Of a stretch of 64,000 bases of DNA, positions 42,511 to 59,231 are shown in pieces (positions within the stretch are counted from its first letter, which is position 1; every line of letters begins with the position of its first letter). The stretch lies in NCBI RefSeq assembly GCF_009914755.1, contig NC_060931.1; one strand, written 5' to 3'. The stretch is from the human T2T-CHM13v2.0 reference genome, Homo sapiens. The notes under the pieces are model-generated. The model saw nothing but the letters and a program-made list of their open reading frames with translations. It was not told the DNA's origin and did no database searches. A program made the translations under genes and the position numbers.

Positions 42511-45500
42511 TGTCCATGGTGGTGTGCCTGGTTTCTTTTTTCCATCATAGATTTTTTTTCCATCATAGATTTCTGTGACTAATTCAGAGAGAGGGAGACA
42601 GGAGTTGACACTGACTAGGTGTGAGGGGGTTTGCTAGGGCTCTAATTCACTGCAAGCAGGCTTGAGTGAGGAAAGGCCTCTGGGAAATTCTCTGAAATAT
42701 TTATGGCTTGATTACGTATATGTTATGGGATGGCATGGTTACTGAACTTCCCCCCATGGTTGGGGTTTAAGCCTTTTTATTTGGGGATTAACACCGCTTG
42801 GAGAGCAGGGGAATTTGGAGGCCTGCTGGCTGTGCATGTAATGTGTTCCTGCACATCTGCGCCCTCAGTAAGTTCTCATATTGCCATTAGAGCATCCATG
42901 AAAAGAATCCAGTGTTTGTGAGTCAATGTCGCTTCCATCCCTCCTCCAATCTCAGCAGATTGAATGATGTCAAGTTAGGAGGGGTTATCTGAGATCAAAT
43001 GTGGAGGCTTAATTATCACAGACAAAAACCACTAATGAGGAAACAACATTATCTTTCACAGATGAAGCTGTTTTGATGGAAACTAATTTATGGCAAGTGT
43101 TCTAATCTCTAGGCTTCATCACGAAGAGGCTCTGTCCTCACCGCTTTCTCCTTCCCCCTCCCCATCACTTCTCTGCTCTCATTAACTCAGTCTCACAGGA
43201 AATCAAAGAGAGAAGACAGTGCTTTCCACACCTTTTACAGAAAAGGAAATGGAAGCAATGAGGTTGCCAGAATTGCTTCCAGGCAAGATTGCCAAAAACA
43301 ATGTCTTCTTTGGGAGCCCCTCACTTTTCTTTTTGGCTCCTGTTCCCTCATACCTATACCTCTCTCTCTCTTGCTCTGCGACTCCCCGACCCTTTCCTTC
43401 TCTCTCTCTCTCAATCTCTCTCTTTTTCTCCCCTCATTGTTGTCTGCTACCTCTTCTGCCTTGACCTAATCCTCTTCCATGTTCCTTATTTATAAATAAG
43501 GGTCTTTGGGGAGGGTCTTACCAGGGCTGGGGTGCTGGCAGTGTAGGTTCAGAGCAGAGGTTTTCCTGCCCACATCTCGGGAAAGGATGAGTAGCCTTCA
43601 GAGGGTGGGCAGGGGGAGAGGTTATAAGGTTTAGGAATCAAAGCTACTTGTCAGCAAGACATCCAGGGGGACTTCCAGGTGCCACAGGGGGAGTTAGTAA
43701 ACACCAGGAAGTGACACGACAGCTGGAAATATCCCTCCCACCTCTGCTTTTATGTTGCTTCATTCTCTGCTGTTTCCCTGCAGTGATTCACAGTAAACCC
43801 ACCAAACCCTGCAGCACAGGTGGGACTGGCCAAGGCCACCCCGTTGCATGCATGTCCAGCTCTGGAGGGAACCTTCAGGGATCAACTGACCAGTGGCCCC
43901 TATGAGGCAGGAAGAAGGAGGCTGGGAATGTCCGGTCTCAGGGGGCTGTGGCAAAAAAGGAAGGAGAGAACTTAGTCAGTCTAGGGCCAGGCATTTTGTC
44001 TGTTCTGCCTGACCGATGCCTCCAGAACACAGGCCAGGTCTTTCCCTTTCTGTATCCTCATTGCCTTCACATATTTTGACATACATAGCAGGGACTCAAC
44101 GCAGAGTCCAGTGAAAGAATAAAGAAATGAATGAAGGAAGGATGCATCTCTTCCTTAAAATGATGTATGCCAATGTTTTACCTAATCCATGTCACTCTTT
44201 AGCAGTTTGGGCCCCAGGGTGTCACCACGGGGGCTCCATATCCCCACCCTTTATGCTCACTGTGTTGGGAACTGTCAGAACCAGGGCAACCACTGCTGTG
44301 TGTGTGTTCCCAGAAGCAGTGGGCCAGGCTGAGGGCAGGAGTCCAGCACGACCAGGAGCAGAAGCCAACAGTCTGAGCCATCTGAGCACAGAAAGTGGAG
44401 AGCATGCTGGCGAGGGCTGGTGTTCTCAGCCGAGGCTAGCTTGGACTTGCCAAGTACCTGAGGCAATGTCACTGATTCTGCCATCCTCAGGCTGCCTGAC
44501 CTTGGGCTGGTCACTCATTCCTTGCCAGATGAAGCCATCCAGTTGTAGCAGCAGTGACAACACAAAGCTCACAGAGGGGCCAAGGCTGGGAGGGCAAATA
44601 TGTTTTATGTCATGAGCTAACACCTTTCAATTGGTTGTGGCCAGCTGGAAAGTTGGGTTGATTCTGCAGGTCAGTTCTTGACAGGAAAGGGACCTCTAAT
44701 CCCCTAGTAGGGTCTGCTGTTGGAAATGAGAGGTGGGCTCCTGAGACTGTGAAACAAACGGCCGACTGTGGATTCCAGTTGCCAGGTCCACCTATAATGG
44801 CATCGGCAAATATTTCAAACAACACATAATTCTGTCCTTGATGAAATGACACATCGTGAATGGTGAATCCATCAATTCCACTTTCCCTTAGTGGTGGGTA
44901 GAGAGGCAAGGAGCTCTGACAATAATCAGCCTTCCATGTGGAGCTAAGATCATCTTCATCTGCAGAAAAAAAGCACCCTGGAGATGGATCCAAGAGGGGC
45001 AATGCTCAGAGTTCCACCAAACAGGCCTAGGCCAGCATGTCCCACAGCCCCAGGTAGGGTGCGCACTGTTTGCATGGAGTCTGATTACTTATCCAGGCCA
45101 CGAGGCTGGAGCCAGCTCTCCCTGCTGCGCCAGTTCTGCTAACACTAGGTACTCCCAGGCCTTGTTGTCATTACTTGCAGATTGCTGAAAAGTGTCAGCT
45201 TTACCTTTCTTTTTTTCCATAGATCGAATGAATAGGCTTCCGGGGGAGAAGACCGAAGCGCAGCTCTGTTTTTCCAAGCCCATGGCATGGCTTGCCAAGA
45301 ATGAATTAAATGTTTCCACAGAATCATTTGCTTTGTTTCTAATCGGCTCTGTGAAGTATTTTCCTTCTTCCCAGTGGTTTAAGAGGGACTCATTGGCTCC
45401 CTTGGCCAGGCCCCTCAGGCTGGGGCTTTTGGGAAAGGAAGAAATGGAAAACCATGAGAGGCCCTTCAAGAAATCTAAGGGTGGAGGATGATTGTGGCCT

Positions 45501-48500
45501 AGCACAAGTAGATTATCAGAAAACACAGGGAGCTGTTCTGCCAGGGCTATGGCGACGGAGATGACAGGGGTGCAAGGGTCTTGGGGTCATCAGCCCTGGG
45601 GTACAGCCAAATCAACAGTGGTGGTCCAGATGCTAATTCTTTGGCTTGCTCCTACTGGTAGGTTGTGGCCAATCATCTTCAAATCCATATCTGCAGCTCA
45701 GTGGAGAGACTTCCTAGGGTAGCCCACGCACTGTGATCTCCCTCTGAGTGGCCTTCGGGCTACCGGTTGCTGTGGTGACCATCTGCAAATGCCTTGGCAG
45801 GTCTGGATGCGGCACTGTTGCTGCAAATGCTTCTTTTCTTTCAGTTCTGGAAGACACCGTGGGTTCTCTTTTCCAATCTAATTGGCCCCATGCTGAGAGT
45901 GTAATAAAAGCCTCTTTTTCTCCAGGAGTCTAAGACTCTCTTTTGGAATGAAAGAGCACTGCTTTCCATGTTGAATTGCTTCTTTGGTTCATCTCTCCAT
46001 TACAGCACACTCTTTAAGGACTTGTGCAGCCCAGTGAGAACTGGACTGGAGGCCAGCCTCAGTGACCTGGCTTTGAGCCACAGCCCACTTGTTCTGGGGA
46101 TCAGTCTCTCCCTGAGATTTCACGTGCTGTCTCCATCAGCTCAGGATTGTCCTCCCTTGGGACATTGCTTCAGCTGTTGTTCTTTTATCATGGCTGGTTT
46201 GTTTTTTTGCTTTTGTTTTTGTTTTGTAAGAAATTGACTGTTATTTTCAAAGCATTCAGGATCTGTCTTTCCTTCAAACTTCCTCCTTCTCTCCCATGAG
46301 CAGATCATCAATCATCACTGGGCTTTTCCTACCACCATTGCATACCAAACATCTACAAATAGCAGAGGGCCCATGCATTGGTCAGAGCAGTGCTCTATGA
46401 CACTTAGGCATGGCATCATTCCCACTTAAGGCACTCATGGTGGACTTGACTAATGGAGCAACTCTTTCCTGGTGAGCCTCAGAATCCTTCTCAACACCAT
46501 GCATCACACTGCTGCTACCAGTCCTTTAGAGCTGGTTTTTAGGTTAAAATCTTTTTGCCTTCCCCAGCTTAGGTTCCCCATTGCATCTCCCCTTCCTCTA
46601 ACCAACATTACTGTGAATGCTCAGAATTAATAGCTACTTAGTGCTAGCCCACCCATGAAATTGACGCTGATAAGATGTAGATTCTGCCAGGGACCTTATA
46701 GTTTGTTGCAGCTACATCAACAAGATGTAAGCATGCCTGACTGAGGTTGAAGGAGGTGCTGGACATACCTCTATTCAAGAAGAATTCATCCCTTTTCAGA
46801 GTTTATGAATGTGCCTCTTCTTACTATTCATTTATCTCTCAGTGATAAATGAATTTTATCCTGCAAAGTGAAAGGCCTAGGGGTTGTAGTCCAGAATTTA
46901 TTGTTCAGGATAAGCTGCATCTGTCCTGGGAGATAGAGCAACTAGATCCAGGACAATCTGAGACTTATCCAGTAACATCATCTCTCACGCAGTAAACCTT
47001 GTCCTAACCAGGCCAACCCCTGGTCTTAAGAACAGTTATAATACCTGTGGGTTCTGCTATGTGGACACTTTATCTCTAACATGAAAGAGGAGGGAAGTGA
47101 TGAATTGCAGCTCAATTACTGACATGGGTTGGCCTGGATTTTTGATTCATTAATAAGTACTAAAGGGGAAAAATTCTAAGAGAAATGAAATAGGAATTTA
47201 ATATTTGAAATAGTTAAAAGATAGGTTATTCATTAGAGCATCAACAAACCACTACAAAAGCGAGCAAAAATAAATAAAATAAAATCCTGAGTGCTAGCCT
47301 TTCTAGAAATCCAGGAGGACTCAATGATTTCGCTAATGGGTAGCTAGGAATCACTTCCTTCCAACCCTCCCCCTTGGCCCCATTGCTGCATAGATCCTCT
47401 GGCTCGATGGTGTGGGTTTGAGACTTTAATATTTGCCTGCATTTCTGACATGCAGAAAATCCCTTTAGCCCTTCTGTTTTCAGTTTGCTGGCTTTGCTTG
47501 TGCTAGCCGTGTGCTGCACTCGCGGACTATACGAATCCCAGGCCTTAGGGCTGCCTGTCCTCCTCTGACAATGGGCCTCCCCAGACACTTGCCTGAGTCC
47601 TGTGATCCAGACCAGGCCTTGTCACAAAATTCAAACCTTGCTTCTCTGCCCATCACTCCAGTTTCTCCAAGAATGAGGGTTAGGGCCTTGCCCTTATTTT
47701 CTCCAGCTCAACCAGGGGTTTCTTCTCTGGCCCAGGTTGGCTTCCCATGCTCTCCAGGCCTTAGCATGACTCCCTCTACTCCACATCAACTGCTCTCCTG
47801 CCCTGTTCCGTGGGGCCTTTCTCCCTCCAGTTGGAATACAGTGAAAAGTTGCTTTTTCAGCTTTTCCTTTGCTTTCTGGTGCCTGAAAACACATGCACTT
47901 ACCATTTTCATCTTACCTGGGTTGTTGGTATTTAGTCTTGGGCAAGGGAGGACACTTTAATATAACCATGGCCCTTGGACTGTAATTTCTAATGTTTTTC
48001 TCTGGAATGGTAGCTGCCCTGTCTCTGAGATTTTTGTCATTGATTTTTACTGCTGAGGGGTGGACCCATTCATTCAACCTGGGGGCTTCTAGTGATTTAT
48101 TATTCCAAGTTAAGACAATTTTATGAATGAAATGGGCTGTTATTGATAGTTATGACAGAATAACAGGAATACACCAGTACTATTCCAGGTGAAAGTTGTA
48201 TTCTTAGCCTGACCTTGTCTTTAGCAGCCAACATAGAGCAAACTTCACTTGTCCAGGGGTTGTATCTGGGGCCATTTCTCTTGGAATTGATAGATGGATG
48301 TGATGGCCACCATGCCCAGCATGTAAGCACATGGCTTTAAACTCTCATAATGGAGCAGCTCTTAGGTTGACCCTTTTGTAAGTTCGTGGACTTAGACAAG
48401 TAATTCCTTTGGTGATTCTCAATTTCCCCATCTGTACAAGGAGTATAATGGTAACTGTCTTATAAATGGCTTTAAAGATTAAGTAAGACAACATCGATAA

Positions 48501-49019
48501 AGCATTTGACTTGAGATAGTTCAATGAATTCTAGTTTCCTTTTCTTCATCTTTTCCTAATGAGGCCCACAGAGCATGTCAACCCATTTCTAATTCCTCTC
48601 CTTTAATGGAAAGATGGTCTGTGATCTGCTATTCAATATTCCTTGTTAAAATGGATTCTCAGTTTTGCATTTCCAATGCCTTCTAATGTAAAATAAATTT
48701 CAGCCCAAAAAAAGGGCTGAAATTCAATACATTAAGGGAAGTAATTTTAATGTATGAGATGGAAAGAGAGATTTAGCTTAGGATCCCAAATATGCAGGAG
48801 CATGAGATGCGTTGGGAGCATGATTCTGCTAAAGCTTCAGGGATGGAAAAAGGAATCCTGTGCTGGGACATAATTAAATGACTTGAGAAGACGGCTAATG
48901 GTATTAAAATGAAAACTTTAAGCTCTAGACTACTAATTTTAATTCCACAGTGAAAGGTATCGTGCTGTTGCTGGCTGCTGAGAGAAGAGAGTGACCAGAG
49001 CCCACTGACTGTAATACCA

Positions 49020-49260
49020 TGGAACAGTGTTTGTCTCAGACAGAAGGGCTGGCTTCAAATCTTTGCTCTGCCATTCGTCAACCTTGCCCTTGAATCAGAC
49101 CCTCACACTCTCTCAACTTCTGTTTTCCTACCTGTAAAATGGGTGCAATAATATGTGCTGAAGAGATCTGTGATGAGAATTATGTGAGAAACTTTATTTT
49201 GTTTATTTTTACTTAAAGAGACCTAGCACACCTGGCAGCATGTGACTGTCAATTATACTG
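49020..49260 (+). mobile_element. MIR fragment
   Basis: TCAAATCTTTGCTCTGCCA...CTGTTTTCCTACCTGTAAAATGGG...GATGAGAATTA. Confidence 0.6.
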
Positions 49261-49504
49261 TGAAATGGGTTAATGAGTTAGTTTTTATTTCTTCTTTTTT
49301 AGGACTCTGAATTGAATCTGGAAATATATATGCCCTTTCATCTCTTCTTTTAACTTCAACTCTATTTTTCTGCAGGGATTAATAAAAGTTTCTTGTTTTT
49401 AGAGCTTTGGTGCCTAGATCTGTAATAACAACTGAATATTATGGGTGTACTAAGTGAGAAGCTTAAGGGGCATCTGATTAGAAATTCTCTGGACTCTTAT
49501 TAGG

Positions 49505-49798
49505 CTAGTCTGGACCCACTGGTCCATGAAACACTACTTTTGTGGGATGTTAATAGTTATTCCTCCAAAAATAGAATGCAAATTCAGATGTTTTTGAGAA
49601 ACCCTGGATAAATAAAATGAAATTGATTCCTTTATTGCAATTTTTCAGATAGTTAAATGAGCCAAGGTGCATTGTGAATCTCCAGCATGGGGCCATGTGA
49701 CATGCACTGTCTCCCAAACATGTTTGACCATGTTCCCCATTTTTTTGTGGGATATTTTTAGAGACCAGTGGTCCATGGCATGCTTTGACAAGTACTGT
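49505..49798. mobile_element. hAT-Charlie non-autonomous element (MER103-like)
   Basis: CCATGAAACACTA...GTGGGATGTTAATAG...GTGCATTGTGAATCTCCA...TCCCAAACATGTTTGACCA. Confidence 0.5.
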
Positions 49799-50841
49799 TC
49801 TGATACTTTTTATAAATTTGAAAAAAAAGTTTACATTCTAATATTAAGTGCAAAAGCAAGCTACTAAATGTCATAAACTATAAAATCATGATTATGGTAA
49901 CATGTATTTAAGAAACAGGCAGGAAATCTATTAAAATATTAACCTATCAACTAAAAGAGTAATCTTGGGGAGGGAGACTTACAGTTTTTATATTTATTTT
50001 GCTTCCTATATTTTCTAGTTTTTCTACAATGAACATGTATTGCCTTTATAGTTCAGCAAATTTACTTTTCTTTTTTCTTTTGGTTAAGCAGTCTCAGAAG
50101 GAATCATTTTCTTTCCACCTACAATGTTAGATCCACCTGAATGAAATACGCCTTTCATTGCGTCCTGAGAAGACGGAAGAATCATAAAAAGCCTTCAGAA
50201 GCCCTTGAGGAATTTTGAGGGCAGTAAAAGCAAAGACTGTAAACCGAAGAAAAATACACAAAGATGTAAGAGCAGTAAGAGCAAAGTGGGGACAAGGGAT
50301 ATTGAGTATCTGAAGGGAAAAATAAGAAGCATAGCCTATCCTGGAAAAGAAAAGAAACGTCATGGTAAAAAAACAACTGCGGTTTTTGTGAACACCTACT
50401 ACGGTAAGGAACAGGCCAGCCATAGCCCACACCCAGGTGGCTGACAAGAGCTCGCCAGATCACAGGGCCACCTTCCTGCCTGAGAGCTGGATGCCCTCTG
50501 CATCTTCCTGGGCTTTACAGCACATGGGATCTGTTTACATGTGGTCTCCGCAGACTCGTGTCAAGATCCTAAGTCAGTGAATCCCGAGGGAAGCAAAAGG
50601 CAGGGGTGGAAGCATGGTAAGGAGGTGTAAACACCCTTTTGTAAGCCCCATGGAGGGGTATAGGCTTCAACAGGGAGCAGTTTAAGATACTTTGGAGATT
50701 GACTGTTTGGGGTTAAGTGTTGGCTCCACTACTTATACTCATGTGGTTTTAGATGCTTTTCTTAATCTCTCTGTGCTCTGGTTTCTGTAAAATAGTAATA
50801 AGTATCCTATTTAGTTATTTTGAGGACTAAATAGATAATTC

Positions 50842-51166
50842 CAGCCCTCCATATCCCTGGGTTTCTCATTTGTAAATTCAACCAACTGTGGGCCAAAAAT
50901 ATATGGAAAAAAATGGAACGTGTACTCAACATGTACAGACATTTTTCTTGTCATTATTCTCTAAGCAATGTAGTATTCAGCACTATTTACATAGCATTTG
51001 CAGTATATTAGGTATTATAAGTAGCCTAGAGATAATTTAAAGGATGTGGGAAGATGTATGTAGGTTACATGCAAATAGTACACCATTTTATATAAGGGAC
51101 TTGAGAATTTTGGTAACTGAAGGGGCTCCTGGAACCAATTTCCCATAGATACAGAAAAATGACTGC
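50842..51166. mobile_element. MER2 (TcMar-Tigger) inserted in a MIR
   Basis: CCCTCCATATCC...TTCAACCAACTGTGG...CTATTTACATAGCATTT...TAGGTATTATAAGTA...GGAACCAATTTCCCATAGATAC. MIR pieces at ~50670-50840 and ~51167-51230. Confidence 0.8.
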
Positions 51167-51273
51167 ATATGTAAAAGACTTAGCAGTGAGCCTTTTATAA
51201 ATGGTTGCATTAGTATTAATAAAGAAGTAAATAACACCTATAAATAGTTACCCAGGGTTTCCCGGATTACAGC

Positions 51274-51878
51274 TGCTATGGTCTGAATGTTTAAGTGCTC
51301 CCAGAATTTATATGTTGAAACCTAGTCACCAGTGCTATAATATTAAGAAATGGGGCTTTGGGAGGTGATTGGGAATGGCATTAATAGCACAGGAACAGAA
51401 AACCAAACATGTTCTCATTTGTAAGTGGGAGCTGAACAATGAGAACACATGGACACAGGGAGGGGAACAACACATACTGGGGCCTGTCATGGGGAGGGGA
51501 GGAGGGAGGAACAGCATTAGGAAAAATAGCTAATGCATGCTGGGCTTAATATTTTGGTGATGGGTCTATAGGTGTAGCAAACCACCATGGCACATGTTTA
51601 CCTATGTAACAAACCTGCACATTCTGAACATGGACCTCGGAACTTAAAAAAAGAAGATAAAAGGCTTGAGCGAGCCTGTTTGCCCCTTCCACCATGCGAG
51701 GACACATACAAGGCACCATCTATGAGGAACGAGCTCCCAACGAGCTCCCAACAGATGCTGATTTTGCTGGTGTCTCGATCTTGGACAACCTCCAGAATTG
51801 TGAGCAATAAGTTTCTGTTGTTTATAAATTACTTAGTCTAAGGTATTTTGCTATGGAAATATGAAGGGACTAAGACAA
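51274..51878 (+). mobile_element. MLT1A/MST-like LTR interrupted by an older L1PA 3' end (~51388-51655)
   Basis: TGCTATGGTCTGAATG...; L1 3'UTR TGTTCTCATTTGTAAGTGGGAGCTGAACAATGAGAACACATGG...AACTTAAAAAAA; LTR resumes and ends GACTAAGACA. Confidence 0.8.
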
Positions 51879-52084
51879 TAGCATATAAGAATGCTATCCT
51901 GATTTCTGGACTTCAAATTACTTATAACATATTTGGCACTCTCAGCCAGATACAGGCCATATTTAGGCAACACTGAATGAGGAAAGTTACTTACTTGCCC
52001 ACTCCCTTCTGGAGAGTGGGACGCAATTATCAATTGTGTTGAAATTCTCCTAGATATTATATGAGGTGTCTTTAACTTGAGACT

Positions 52085-52545
52085 TGCATTAGTCAGGTTT
52101 TGATACAATGATTCTGCATAACAAAGAATCCCCAAATAGCAACACATACTTGTTTCTCATTCACAGGTCTATGAGTCAGCTATGACTCTGTGGTGCTTTG
52201 CTGGCCTCAGCTGGACTTGGCTTCAGGCTGTAGGTTGGGTTCATATCTGATCAATGGGGCTCTCATTCTGAGACTCAGGCTGAAGGCCACCTGAATTCTA
52301 CTCTTCTCACAGTGAATGAGAAGCTCATAAGAGTACATGAGGACAGTAGGAAACTTGCCATGTGTCTTAAAGCCTCACCTTGGAACATGCTGTCTCCTCC
52401 ATCTATGTTCTATTGCTCAAAGCAAGTTATATGGCCAAGTCCAATGCCAGTGGGATGGAAAGTACACTCTGTTCACAGGACAGTCACAGCAGTGGCAAAG
52501 CGGGAAGGAGGAATCATGGACAAATAATAAATACTATTTATATAC
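52085..52545 (-). mobile_element. Old MLT1 LTR
   Basis: TGCATTAGTCAGG...CTGCATAACAAA...TTGTTTCTCATTCAC...CAAAGCAAGTTATATGGCCAAGTCCAA. Confidence 0.65.
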
Positions 52546-54324
52546 TACAAGGATCTATAAAAATAACAAAAGAATGAGCTGAGAAGGACTGAACTCACAT
52601 TATGGCACAGACTTAGAACAGTTTAGCAAACAATAAACTGCAATTGCATCGTGTTTGTGTATTCTAAACTCACAACCCAAACCCCTTCAAAATCTAGTCA
52701 GACAAAACCAGCAAATTATCCGTAAAGATGCATGTGCACATGTACCCAGAGGACTTATGGTGCAAAGCGCATACCCAGCATTAACCATGACACCCTTCTA
52801 GTCTTGCTTACAAAACCCCTCTCACCAAGGCTCTGGAGAAACCCTAGCCAGAAAAGGCAAGAAGAAAAGGCCTGGGTCAGTTCCCAGCTCACTTATAAAC
52901 CTTCCTGATCCAGACAGTGCTTGGATCAGAGCTGATCTGCCCCTGATGAGGAATTTTTAAGTCTCTCTCTGCTATTGTTTTCAGTTGAGCGCAATCATCA
53001 ACTGAACACCTTTTATGCTGGTCCTTTCTGTCATTTTTGGCTACTGCACACATATATACATATTCAGGGATGTCAAGTGGGGAATTTCTCTTTCAAATGT
53101 TCAATACATAAATAATTACATAAAACAGTGAATGAGTATCTGCAAAAGAACCTGCTGTGGAAGCCAAGGGACTACAGGTGGGAGACAAATGAATTCTGAC
53201 TAGCACTTTCAGATGATTTCCTCACACTCAGCAGTCCTTTATCTGTGATTACTTCCTGTGTCCTGCTATCACTTTCCTGCTCCTCCCCTACTTTTTTATC
53301 TGCCCCAAAGCTAGAGTTTGAAATTGTCTAATAATTTCATTCACTTATACTTACATTACTATTTACCATCTAAATGAGTTAATTGGCTCCACTTGGAACA
53401 CTGACATTCTCTTTCAGTTCCCTTTTTTTTTTTTTTTTCTGGGCAAAATCATTTGCTAGCTTTATCCTTATGGGTTGAAAAGGCACATATTCCACCCTGG
53501 GAGGAGGCCATTTCCTGTTCATGGAACCTGCCCGTCCTGAGTGTTCACTGGAGAGGCGGTGGACTCACCCCCTTCTCAGTTCAAGGACATACTCGGGCTA
53601 CTTCTTTTCCAGCTGGTAGATACACAGGAAGATACTGCATCTCATGGACTAATGGACTTTCAAGTCAGCTTGGGGGGGTCACATCTGTTTTATGCAAGCA
53701 GACAAGGTGAATTATTGAACTAACAGCTTTCTCAGGTATGGGCTCTGCAGTGTGATTAATTATGTATAATGTGCACTCAGGCAAAAAATGAGGTGTTTAA
53801 AGGCTGCTGGAGTCATTCCACCTTCAAACAAGGAAGAGCAAGCTGAAGACTTTTGTAGTGTCTTACACTCACCCATGGTGGCTGAATTGATAAGAGAAGC
53901 ATCAGACTTGTCAGGGAGAAATAATGTGGTCTCCTCTGTTTTGGAGTAGTGTTTGTCCTCTCCAGATCCCTTTGTAATTTTTGTCTGACTTTCTTTTGCC
54001 TGGCATATAGTGCATGGCACAATACAATAGCAGGGATAATAACAGCTACCATAGCATTGAGTGTGTTAGGTGTATAACTCGGTGTATTATTTTTTATTTA
54101 TTTATTTATTTATTTTATTATTATACTTTAAGTTTTAGGGTACATGTGCACATTGTGCAGGTTAGTTACATACGTATACATGTGCCATGCTGGTGTGCTG
54201 CACCCACTAACTCGTCATCTAGCATTAGGTATATCTCCCAATGCTATCCCTCCCCCCGCCCCCCACCCCACAACAGTCCCCAGAGTGTGATGTTCCCCTT
54301 CCTGTGTCCATGTGATCTCATTGT

Positions 54325-58179
<3,855 letters not shown>

Positions 58180-58215
58180 TTAGTTGATGCAGTTTCTTCC
58201 TAGTCTCGATGGTCT

Positions 58216-59231
58216 TTACATTTTGGCATGATTTTGCAGTGGCTGGTACCGGTTGTTCCTTTCCATGTTTAGCGCTTCCTTCAGGAGCTCTTTTAGGGCA
58301 GGCCTGGTGGTGACAAAATCTCTCAGCATTTGCTTGTCTGTAAAGTATTTTATTTCTCCTTCACTTATGAAGCTAGTTTGGCTGGATATGAAATTCTGGG
58401 TTGAAAATTCTTTTCTTTAAGAATGTTGAATATTGGCCCCCACTCTCTTCTGGCTTGTAGGGTTTCTGCCGAGAGATCCGCTGTTAGTCTGATGGGCTTC
58501 CCTTTGAGGGTAACCCAACCTTTCTCTCTGGCTGCCCTTAACATTTTTTCCTTCATTTTAACTTTGGTGAATCTGACAATTATGTGTCTTGGAGTTGCTC
58601 TTCTCGAGGAGTATCTTTGTGGCGTTCTCTGTATTTCCTGAATCTGAACGTTGGCCTGCCTTGCTAGATTGGGGAAATTCTCCTGGATAATATCCTGCAG
58701 AGTGTTTTCCAACTTGGTTCCATTCTCCCCATCACTTTCAGGTACACCAATCAGACGTAGATTTGGTCTTTTCACATAGTCCCATATTTCTTGGAGGCTT
58801 TGCTCATTTCTTTTTATTCTTTTTTCTCTAAACTTTACTTCTCGCTTGATTTCATTCATTTCATCTTCCATTGCTGATACCCTTTCTTCCAGTTGATCAC
58901 ATCGGCTCCTGAGGCTTCTGCATTCTTCACGTAGTTCTCGAGCCTTGGTTTTCAGCTCCATCAGCTCCTTTAAGCACTTCTCTGTATTGGTTATTCTAGT
59001 TATACATTCTTCTAAATTTTTTTCAAAGTTTTCAACCTCTTTGCCTTTGGTTTGAACGTCCTGCCATAGCTCAGAGTAATTTGATCATCTGAAGCCTTCT
59101 TCTCTCAGCTCGTCAAAGTCATTCTCTGTCCAGCTTTGTTCCTTTGTTGGTGAGGAGCTGCGTTCCTTTGGAGGAGGAGAGGTGCTCTGATTTTTAGAGT
59201 TTCCAGTTTTTCTGTTCTGTTTTTTCCCCAT
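58216..59231 (-). pseudogene. LINE-1 ORF1 (copy 2), disrupted
   Basis: R49* (TGA at 59085-59087) and a 1-bp deletion near 58375. Confidence 0.9.

Noticed and set aside
44127-47960. Several 115-162-aa ORFs
   Set aside because: No domain similarity or exon structure; they overlap on both strands, as expected by chance in moderately GC-rich DNA.
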